The notes beneath the pieces are model-generated. The model was given only the letters and a program-made list of their open reading frames with translations, had not been told where the DNA came from and did not search any database. DNA of 64,000 bases from Minisyncoccota bacterium (lineage in GTDB: Bacteria > Patescibacteriota > Minisyncoccia > Phycocordibacterales > Phycocordibacteraceae). The stretch's first letter is position 1; each line of letters begins with the position of its first letter. The DNA is taken from positions 11,700 to 75,699 of the forward strand of contig JBDSUM010000007.1 of the NCBI GenBank assembly GCA_039927695.1. Direction: 5' to 3'. The translations under genes and the position numbers were made by a program. Positions 18,274-26,059 of this stretch are shown piece after piece.

Positions 18274-18300
18274 GTTCGAATATCGTCCCAGACGGCCAGC
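18274..18300 (+). repeat. Cassette att repeat, copy 3 (consensus)
   Basis: GTTCGAATATCGTCCCAGACGGCCAGC; minus strand reads LAVWDDIRTNLAIY-stop. Confidence 0.92.
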
Positions 18301-18303
18301 AAA

Positions 18304-19050
18304 TTGACTTATAATCTAACAAAGACAGGTGCTGCTTGGTGTCTAATAATCTTTGCTGCTTTTCTGGTATTTTCAGTAATCTTCCTAGCGTTCAGTATAG
18401 AAGATATCGAACATCTTTTTAGTATCGGCGGCTCACTCTCAATTGTAGTCGCACTCTTGGCGTATTTATATAAAAAAGAACAGGATCAAATCATCTCAAC
18501 AATTGATCAGATAACATTTTTTCGCGAAATAATAATTCCAGAGTCTGACTCAGTTAGAAAAGAAATGATTAAAAAGGATCCTCAGTTCGTAGTCTCTAGA
18601 ATAAGCCTCAAGAAACCTTCCATAGTAGAAATAAAAGAAGAGTTGCCTACAAATTTTGATAGACAATTAGAGATATTTTTTGATGCAAAAACTGCATATC
18701 CAAGTTTTATATTAGACGCAAAGATACTGGACAGACAGATTACATTACTAAACTTGCTTGAGGAATTTTCCCTCAAGGTCTTGGCTCGAGGAACAACTAG
18801 CAGTCCTGTATTAAAGGCGCTGCATAATGTGTTCGTTGAGACGGTAGAACAAAACTCTGTGGCGCTTTTGTTTGTAAGAGATTTAAAGAATACACCGCCA
18901 ACATATGAATCCATCCTTTCCCTTTATCGCGCGTGGGTAGATGGCACGACAAAAACTGTCTTGATTAAGAATCTGTATTCTGCGGGACTTATTAATAAAG
19001 AACAGAAGGATTATTTTTATACCGTTCGTCGTGAAGAAAAGGGTTTCTAG
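18304..19050 (+). CDS. Hypothetical 2-TM protein (single-gene cassette)
   Basis: 248-aa ORF filling the space between two att repeats; start uncertain (TTG directly after the repeat). Confidence 0.7.
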   Translation: MTYNLTKTGAAWCLIIFAAFLVFSVIFLAFSIEDIEHLFSIGGSLSIVVALLAYLYKKEQDQIISTIDQITFFREIIIPESDSVRKEMIKKDPQFVVSRISLKKPSIVEIKEELPTNFDRQLEIFFDAKTAYPSFILDAKILDRQITLLNLLEEFSLKVLARGTTSSPVLKALHNVFVETVEQNSVALLFVRDLKNTPPTYESILSLYRAWVDGTTKTVLIKNLYSAGLINKEQKDYFYTVRREEKGF

Positions 19051-19077
19051 TTTTCTTAATATAAAAGATATATATTT

Positions 19078-19106
19078 GTTCGAATACCGTCCCAGACGGC
19101 CAGCCA
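19078..19106 (+). repeat. Cassette att repeat, copy 4, ending in CCA
   Basis: GTTCGAATACCGTCCCAGACGGCCAGCCA. Confidence 0.92.
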
Positions 19107-19143
19107 AGTTGAGATAGGTTCTGGCGTCCGAGACGCATTGATA

Positions 19144-19194
19144 TAACCAAAGGAAGAAAACCACCTCAATGAGGTGATTTTCTTCCTTTGGTTA
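19144..19194. repeat. Long inverted repeat (25-bp arms, one mismatch)
   Basis: TAACCAAAGGAAGAAAACCACCTCA-A-TGAGGTGATTTTCTTCCTTTGGTTA. Confidence 0.85.
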
Positions 19195-19255
19195 CTCGAC
19201 GCTGGATCTTGTGTCGATAGTCCTGTAAGATATAGAATGTAAGTAGTTATTTTTC

Positions 19256-20941
19256 ATGAAACGAAAACCCCAAGTCATTGATTTCTTTTGTGGTGCCGGA
19301 GGCTTCTCCGAAGGCTTTCGTCAGCAAGGGTTTGAAGTCGTTATGGGTATCGATAATTGGTTGCCGGCAATAGAGACACACAACCTTAATCACAATCTTA
19401 ATGACAAGGTTAGAGACGTGCTCGAATTTGGCAACTCGCTTGAAGAAATAAATTCGCTGCCCGATACAGAGGTTATCGTGGGAAGTCCTCCTTGCGTGCT
19501 TTTCTCTCTCTCTAACAAAGGAGGTAAAGCTGATAAGACACTCGGTATTCGATTGATCGAATCCTATCTGCGTGTAATCGCTATAAAAAAGCACCAGCCA
19601 TCGTCGCAACTAAAGGCATGGTTTATGGAGAATGTTCCGAACTCTAGGAACTATATTCGTCCCACCTATACATTTAGCGAGCTGGATCTGACTGAATGGG
19701 CAAGAAATCACGGTTTTGATCCTAATCAGATTGCTCTGAACGGCTCATCAAACGGAATCGTATTAAATACAGCTGAATTTGGTGTCTCTCAAAAACGAGA
19801 ACGTTTTGTGTGTGGTGAGATCATCTCTACGGGCAAGTTCCCGAACCTAGAAAAATTTATGAGCAAGACGTATCGCAGCATTGGAGAGGTAAAAGGAAAG
19901 ATGCCTGCGCCTAATTTGCCGCTATCAAATAAATTATTTTCTGACCCTAATTATCCTTCCACATCTTTTAAGATGAAGGATATGACTGATCATTTCTATG
20001 ATTCAGGTATATATGAAATCCAGTGGAGGAATGCTCAATATCTAAAGGTAAATCATCCCTTCATGGGAAAGATGTCCTTTCCTGAAGACGAGAAGAACCC
20101 GAGCCGTACTATCATGGCAACCCGTTCAATGACCACACGAGAATCTCTAATATACAAATCAGAATATAGTCGACGAGGAGATGGGGAATACAGATTACCT
20201 ACTATACGCGAGATAGCAACTCTCATGGGTTTTCCATACTCGTATCAATTCTCAGGAGCGGAGAATACAAAATGGAGACAGGTTGGTAATGCCGTTTGTC
20301 CTCCTATGAGTTCAGCTCTTGCCAAGAGCGTAAGACTATCTATTGGATTAAGTGTAATTCCCGTTTCAAAAATTACCTTCAATTCTCTTAAGGGTAAGCT
20401 AGACAGGATTCAGAACATAAATACTTTCTCTGAAAAGAAATTTAATGATCCGCCAAAAAGGAAACTAAATGCGCGTTTCCGAAGGCATCCTTTTAAGGAT
20501 GGTAATATGACGGTTGCTTTAACGAACTTTAATCCGGTATCTCCAATCGATTCTCCTGAAGTCACAGAGTGGTATTCATCTGTATTCATGGGCTCTGGTA
20601 AAGACTTTACTATTAAAATTCTCACTAAGAGTCAATTCAAAGAAATTGCTAAATTTATTGAAGTAAATAATAAGGACTTGAGTACAAAATTTACTCAGGA
20701 ATTTAATGAAAAGTTTAAAGCTGTTATTGGTAATACTCACAAGTTTCAAGAAGCCTACGTGTTAGAAAACTCTCGCTTGCCTCATGAGCCTGGACGTTTG
20801 GTAGATGAAATTAGTGACTTCATACGCGCGTTTGATTCAACGGAAAAACACATGCAAATTCCAGATTTTCTTCCAGGAAAGAATCTGTTACCTATCCGAC
20901 AAGTCCTCGCCATGTACGCTCTCAATAGACTTGTGTCGTAA
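19256..20941 (+). CDS. C5 cytosine DNA methyltransferase with long C-terminal extension
   Basis: DFFCGAGG, GSPPC, ENV, QKRER, RQVGNAV motifs. Confidence 0.93.
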   Translation: MKRKPQVIDFFCGAGGFSEGFRQQGFEVVMGIDNWLPAIETHNLNHNLNDKVRDVLEFGNSLEEINSLPDTEVIVGSPPCVLFSLSNKGGKADKTLGIRLIESYLRVIAIKKHQPSSQLKAWFMENVPNSRNYIRPTYTFSELDLTEWARNHGFDPNQIALNGSSNGIVLNTAEFGVSQKRERFVCGEIISTGKFPNLEKFMSKTYRSIGEVKGKMPAPNLPLSNKLFSDPNYPSTSFKMKDMTDHFYDSGIYEIQWRNAQYLKVNHPFMGKMSFPEDEKNPSRTIMATRSMTTRESLIYKSEYSRRGDGEYRLPTIREIATLMGFPYSYQFSGAENTKWRQVGNAVCPPMSSALAKSVRLSIGLSVIPVSKITFNSLKGKLDRIQNINTFSEKKFNDPPKRKLNARFRRHPFKDGNMTVALTNFNPVSPIDSPEVTEWYSSVFMGSGKDFTIKILTKSQFKEIAKFIEVNNKDLSTKFTQEFNEKFKAVIGNTHKFQEAYVLENSRLPHEPGRLVDEISDFIRAFDSTEKHMQIPDFLPGKNLLPIRQVLAMYALNRLVS

Positions 20942-20985
20942 TTGACAAAAGGCTCAAATGCAGGGAATATGATGATTAAGACTGC

Positions 20986-22413
20986 ATGAACAAAGCCACT
21001 CGAAGTCAGAAGATTGGGGAAATCACTGCTGGCGAACCCTACGGCAAGCAAGATATTCTCTGGCATGGAAAGCTCGTGTCAATGAACGTATATGAGATTC
21101 CTCTCGAGTATTTGATTTACAACAGGTACAACGGACGAATTCTTAGTCGAACAAAGACTCTTGAAAAGCAGGGACGGGATATAAATCCTGAATCCGATGA
21201 GGGCAAGAAGCTCATCGAGAATCTTCTTTGGAAATCCAAGGAATCGAGAAACGATATCACTATGAAAGATATCTCCGATAAGGGTCAATTGAAGATTGGT
21301 ATTGTAACCAAAGATGGAATCGTTATCGATGGAAATCGGCGCTTGATGCTTCTTAACAGAATTAAAAAGCATCGCCACTTTAAAGCAGTAGTTCTTCCTG
21401 TCGCCCTTGAAGATGATCCTATTGAGATTGAGAAGCTGGAGACAACATACCAAATGGGTGAGGATGAGAAGCTCGGCTATAACCCAATCGAGAAGTATCT
21501 CAAAGCAAAACAAATCTATAAGAAGCTTACAGAGCAAGAAACTCACGATGATGCCATAAAGCAGATTGCTGAATGGATGGGGGAGGAAAAAGGAGTTATT
21601 GAAGACTGGCTAGAGGTAGTCAAAATGATAGATGATTATCTCGAGTATCTAAAGTACGACGGGATATACTCCATGGCTGACACTCCAAACGACGGTAAGG
21701 AAGACCTCTTCTTGTATATAAAGAAATGGCTAAATACTTTCCACGATAAAGAGTCTAATAAAGGATTCGATGGGTACAGCCAAATGGATGTAGATGATCT
21801 TAAACAAATTTCTTTTGACTATATTCGCGCTAAGATTGGAAAATCCTATGATGGAAAACAGTTTCGTTACATCGCTGATGGTCAAAAGCAGAAACATTTC
21901 TTTGGAGACAAGAAACTGTGGGCTAGTTTTAGCGAAGATCACTTTGCGGCAGTTACCCCCGCAATCGAAAAGATAGATTTTGAATATCCAATTGATTATA
22001 ACTCTGAAAATATTGAAGCATCTCTCTCAAATAGAGATGCAAAGTTCAGAGATGAGGTATTGGATGTTCTGACAAAGAATATTGAAGAACATGTGACAGA
22101 CCTCGGCTATGCTGAAGCTGCTGATAAACCTCTCAAGCTCGTAAGTAATGCGCGAAAGGCTATTGAATCTATTGATCAAAAGCACAAAGCCTTCTCAGCG
22201 CCTGAAGTCATTGAGCAGGTTGAAGAATTGATCCAGACTCTCATAGGAATGCTAAAGAAGAAGTCTCCTGAGGAAACGGTCTCTTTAGTTGCGAATCTGC
22301 TCGAATCTCTTGAATTGAATTCGGGATCGATTGACAAGGAAGGTATGCTCGAAAAGGTAAAGGAAATATCGCGTCTAGCTTATCAAATTGAGAAAGACGT
22401 TAAATCGCTGTGA
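20986..22413 (+). CDS. ParB/Srx-like domain protein
   Basis: YN.YNGRI and VIDGNRR motifs followed by a long helical region. Confidence 0.75.
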   Translation: MNKATRSQKIGEITAGEPYGKQDILWHGKLVSMNVYEIPLEYLIYNRYNGRILSRTKTLEKQGRDINPESDEGKKLIENLLWKSKESRNDITMKDISDKGQLKIGIVTKDGIVIDGNRRLMLLNRIKKHRHFKAVVLPVALEDDPIEIEKLETTYQMGEDEKLGYNPIEKYLKAKQIYKKLTEQETHDDAIKQIAEWMGEEKGVIEDWLEVVKMIDDYLEYLKYDGIYSMADTPNDGKEDLFLYIKKWLNTFHDKESNKGFDGYSQMDVDDLKQISFDYIRAKIGKSYDGKQFRYIADGQKQKHFFGDKKLWASFSEDHFAAVTPAIEKIDFEYPIDYNSENIEASLSNRDAKFRDEVLDVLTKNIEEHVTDLGYAEAADKPLKLVSNARKAIESIDQKHKAFSAPEVIEQVEELIQTLIGMLKKKSPEETVSLVANLLESLELNSGSIDKEGMLEKVKEISRLAYQIEKDVKSL

Positions 22414-22425
22414 TAATGAATATTC

Positions 22426-24402
22426 ATGAGCCAATCTATAAATATTCATACAGATAACGAGAGACATAGTTTCTATTTAACAGGTAATATCCCAGAGTTA
22501 CTTGCGAATTCTAGACTGCTTTTCTCGCTCAAGAGATTACAATACACCCCTCACGAAGAGGGAATGTTAGTACCATTTGAAGATAAGACTAAAATTAAAG
22601 TTCTCCAAGAGATTCAAATGCTCATGGAGAAGTTTTCTTTCGATGTTGAACTTTCGATAGAAACCAAGAAAGATGTTTCTAGCTTTGATCGTGAGCAACA
22701 GACATTTAAGGAATTCTCAGAGAAGGCACGAGATATCCGTAACAATCGGTTCAAGGATGAACCTGAGTTAGTTGTAGACTTCGATTCCTTTCAGAAGGCA
22801 TTAAAGGATAAAATCGTACGTCCTTTATATCCTCTGCAATTATTGTCTGCTTTTCACATGGCTTTCTCGCAAAATGCTTGTAATTTTGCAGTGCCAGGTG
22901 CAGGAAAGACCTCAATTGTTTACGGTGCGTATACCTACCTAAAAAGTCTTCCTACTGATCATCCTAAACACGTCGACAAGCTTCTTGTGATTGGCCCGCT
23001 TTCATCTTTCGCGCCGTGGGAAAATGAATATGAGGCTTGTTTTGGTGAAAAGCCCACCTCGCAAAGATTGTCAGGGGACGATAAGGTTTTGCGTAATCAT
23101 AAGGAGCAACACCTTTTTTCGAGTAATCCTGCTGAACTAACCCTTATATATCATGGAGGTGTTGTTCATCTTCAAAATGAAATACTTTCTTTTCTAAAGA
23201 GAAATAAGACTATGGTGGTAGTTGACGAGGCACACCGAATTAAGAATCCTGAGGGTGTATGGGGCAAGAGCGCCGTAGAGATTTCAAAAGAAGCGGTCTC
23301 CAGAATCATTCTTAGCGGTACACCAGTTCCCAATGGCTATGAGGATTTATTTAACTTATTCCAATATCTATATCCGTATCGCTATAAGGACATACTACAT
23401 TTCCACTACGATAATTTAGTTGAAATGACCAAAACAGCTTTGCCCGATAGCGATCGAGTAAAGCAATTCATAGATAATATCTCACCTTACTTTATACGTA
23501 TTAAAAAGTCTGATCTTAAATTGCCTCCAGTTAAGGAGAATAACGTAATGGTTGATATGGATTCTCACCAAAGAGAAATCTATGATTTTATTGAGACAAA
23601 ATACATACGTTCCTTTGAAAATAGTAATACGGCGGCAGCAAAAGATGTCTTAAATAAAGCGAAATTAATTCGTTTAAGACAGGCAGCTACAAATCCCTCT
23701 CTGCTCCTTAAGCCCATAGTAGAAACCCTCTATGCTGACGACTACGAATCAAGAATCTCTATAGGCGGACGTATGCCTGAAGAATTTCAAGATGATTCAG
23801 AGATACTCTCAAAGATATATAACTATCAGAAGGTAGAGACCCCTAAGAAATTCTATGAAATTAAGAAGTTGTTAGAAGAAAAAATCCTTGCAGGTAATGG
23901 TAAGGCAATTATTTGGACGATATTCATACAGAATGCCAAACAACTTCAAGAGTATCTAATGGAGAATGGTATTCCGATTCGTCTACTTATTGGAGAGGTT
24001 GAACAATCAGAGAGGGAGGTAATTATCACAAAATTCAATGATCCGAATGACAGTGATTTTCAGGTAATCATCGCAAACCCATTTGCCGTGTCAGAGTCTA
24101 TATCTCTGCATAAGGGATGTCACAACGCTATTTACATGGAGCGTGATTATAACTGTTCTAACTTCCTTCAATCAAAAGATCGTATACACCGATATGGCCT
24201 AGCGGACAATCAAGAGACTAATTATTACTATTTCTTATCACAAGATTCTATTGATGGAGTCATTCACGATAAATTAGAGGAGAAGGTCAAGAGAATGGAA
24301 AGAATTATCGATGAAGAAATACCACTTTTCGCTCGACTTAATGACTCTGACGAAACAGATTTGATAACAGCTCTTATAGACGATTATGCTAAAAGAGCTT
24401 GA
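22426..24402 (+). CDS. SNF2-family helicase/translocase
   Basis: PGAGKT, VVDEAH, LSGTP, SESISLH, QSKDRIHRYG. Confidence 0.92.
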   Translation: MSQSINIHTDNERHSFYLTGNIPELLANSRLLFSLKRLQYTPHEEGMLVPFEDKTKIKVLQEIQMLMEKFSFDVELSIETKKDVSSFDREQQTFKEFSEKARDIRNNRFKDEPELVVDFDSFQKALKDKIVRPLYPLQLLSAFHMAFSQNACNFAVPGAGKTSIVYGAYTYLKSLPTDHPKHVDKLLVIGPLSSFAPWENEYEACFGEKPTSQRLSGDDKVLRNHKEQHLFSSNPAELTLIYHGGVVHLQNEILSFLKRNKTMVVVDEAHRIKNPEGVWGKSAVEISKEAVSRIILSGTPVPNGYEDLFNLFQYLYPYRYKDILHFHYDNLVEMTKTALPDSDRVKQFIDNISPYFIRIKKSDLKLPPVKENNVMVDMDSHQREIYDFIETKYIRSFENSNTAAAKDVLNKAKLIRLRQAATNPSLLLKPIVETLYADDYESRISIGGRMPEEFQDDSEILSKIYNYQKVETPKKFYEIKKLLEEKILAGNGKAIIWTIFIQNAKQLQEYLMENGIPIRLLIGEVEQSEREVIITKFNDPNDSDFQVIIANPFAVSESISLHKGCHNAIYMERDYNCSNFLQSKDRIHRYGLADNQETNYYYFLSQDSIDGVIHDKLEEKVKRMERIIDEEIPLFARLNDSDETDLITALIDDYAKRA

Positions 24403-25360
24403 GCAATATGAGAACCTTGGCACGCCAGCGTTCTTTGCAGAGTTATTTAACCAACTCCACGGAGCAGAACTCCCTTGGACGTCTAGCCACGTAAGAGGTT
24501 ATTTTTATAACAGGATTGTAGATGACAATTCTGTCTTTGATGGCTGTCTTACCTTAGTTGAAGCCATTGGTGCAGTGACCATCGATAGCGGTGGAAACAT
24601 CACACTAAACCCTTCTTTGGTGCCAATGCTCGTAAACGAGAGATACCTTGCGAACAAGTTACTTGAGATGCTATTGGCTGTAGTAAAGGAAGATGAAATT
24701 TTTCATGAAATATTCTGTCCCAAGAATCTCTCATACGACATTATATATAAACTGATTCAAATTGATGGTTCAGCTTTTCGATTCCGCTATGCTAGTTTTA
24801 GGCAATTGCTGGTAAGTTTTGAATTCTTATACCCTCATCCTGAGAAGAGCATCAGAAAATATATAGTTAATTCAAGGTATAAGAAGCTGTTTGATCAACA
24901 GATTTTACCTGAAATACGTCAGCGTAAACTTGGCATTGAAGAACTCGAGGCTCTTCTAGAAAGGAAACAAATCTATGGAGAACAGGCAGAATCATATGCC
25001 CTCGAATATGAAAGAAAAAGATTGGCCAAACATTCAAGTTTGGGCAATGTTGAATTGATTTCTGGATATGATGTCGCCGCAGGATATGATTTGATCTCCT
25101 ACGAAGATGAATCTTCAACAGAGCTCGATCGGTTTATAGAAGTAAAATCCTTTTCAGGTACTCCAAGCTTTCATTGGTCACGCAATGAAATAGATGTCTC
25201 AAGACTAAAAGGGAAGAGATATTTCCTCTATTTAATAAATAGAGACGAAATGGCAAATTCAACCTATGTTCCTACAATCATACAGAATCCCTACGATGAA
25301 GTATTGTCGGATGATAGTTGGACGAAGCGTGTAGATAGTTATTTTATAATTAAGAACTAG
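24386..25360 (+). CDS. DUF3883 (NOV_C-like, PD-(D/E)XK) domain protein
   Basis: GEQAE...YE...GYDLIS...FIEVKS...WSRNE. Confidence 0.85.
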   Translation: MLKELEQYENLGTPAFFAELFNQLHGAELPWTSSHVRGYFYNRIVDDNSVFDGCLTLVEAIGAVTIDSGGNITLNPSLVPMLVNERYLANKLLEMLLAVVKEDEIFHEIFCPKNLSYDIIYKLIQIDGSAFRFRYASFRQLLVSFEFLYPHPEKSIRKYIVNSRYKKLFDQQILPEIRQRKLGIEELEALLERKQIYGEQAESYALEYERKRLAKHSSLGNVELISGYDVAAGYDLISYEDESSTELDRFIEVKSFSGTPSFHWSRNEIDVSRLKGKRYFLYLINRDEMANSTYVPTIIQNPYDEVLSDDSWTKRVDSYFIIKN

Positions 25361-25511
25361 GTCTTAGTGATACCACTTTTTCCTTCAGTTCAATTTTCCC
25401 GCGTAGACAACCGAGCAGTTCTCTTTTCTCCATATCTTTTCCTTCGCGTAATAGATACTTTGCATAAGCTCTTATATCAATCTCCTGAACGTGTTTATCA
25501 GATAAGGCCAT
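25350..25511 (-). pseudogene. C-terminal remnant of a family A serine recombinase
   Basis: Translates as IDIRAYAKYLLREGKDMEKRELLGCLRGKI, matching IDIRNYAKYLLREGADIEKRELLGCLRSRI of 714-2033. Confidence 0.85.
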
Positions 25512-25606
25512 ATCAGCTATGCTAGGGCTAAAAATGGGACGCCAATCCTTAATGGGGAGGCGTGTCCCATTTGTCTCATTTTGCGATAAGCGTATAGTTT
25601 GGCTAT

Positions 25607-25888
25607 ATGGATGAACAGAAGATTATTGATGATTTAACTTCGCAAGGGTACGACAAGGTCTGGCCTTATGAAGCTGAACCTGGAGAAGTAGACGAGGAAC
25701 ATGAACATGACTTTGATACTCATCTCGTCGTTCTAAGAGGACAGATCTCAATAACTTCTTTAATTGATGGGGTGGTTACGAACATGTCTCATAGTACGGG
25801 GAGCAATATATTTATCGCTCGAAATACACCTCATGCGGCTAAAGTGAGTGCAGAGGGTTGTCGCTACATTGTTGCTGAAAAGCACTAG
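25607..25888 (+). CDS. Small cupin-domain protein
   Basis: HEHDFD...G.I...PHAAKV...GCRY cupin motifs. Confidence 0.85.
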   Translation: MDEQKIIDDLTSQGYDKVWPYEAEPGEVDEEHEHDFDTHLVVLRGQISITSLIDGVVTNMSHSTGSNIFIARNTPHAAKVSAEGCRYIVAEKH

Positions 25889-25890
25889 TC

Positions 25891-25978
25891 CGAGACGGGT
25901 CAAATTCAGAAGATAAAATTCGCTCAGAAAGCCTTGTGGGGCTTGGCGGGAGAAAGTTCGAATCCCAGACAGCCAGCA
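25891..25978 (+). repeat. Family A right-end motif with tRNA-Gln-like 3' fragment
   Basis: CGAGACGGGTC, GGGCTTG at +48, GTTCGAATCCCAGACAGCCAGCA at +65 (T-loop, T-stem, acceptor strand, G73). Confidence 0.8.
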
Positions 25979-26059
25979 TTTTAGAAAAGTATCGAAGGAC
26001 CTAGAGGGGTCGGTTTGGGACTAAGTGCTTTAGAGTGAATTTTCTATATAATTCTAGTT

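Larger units (their letters stand above)
19107..25978. mobile_element. Family A element A2 (decayed; LSR remnant; Dcm/SNF2 cargo)
   Basis: Runs from an att repeat to a family A end motif; contains an LSR C-terminal remnant in the same orientation as in A1 and A3. Confidence 0.6.

Noticed and set aside
25905-25978. Complete tRNA gene (also considered at 10921-10996)
   Set aside because: Only the T-loop and 3' acceptor strand are present; the upstream sequence cannot form the 5' acceptor, D or anticodon arms
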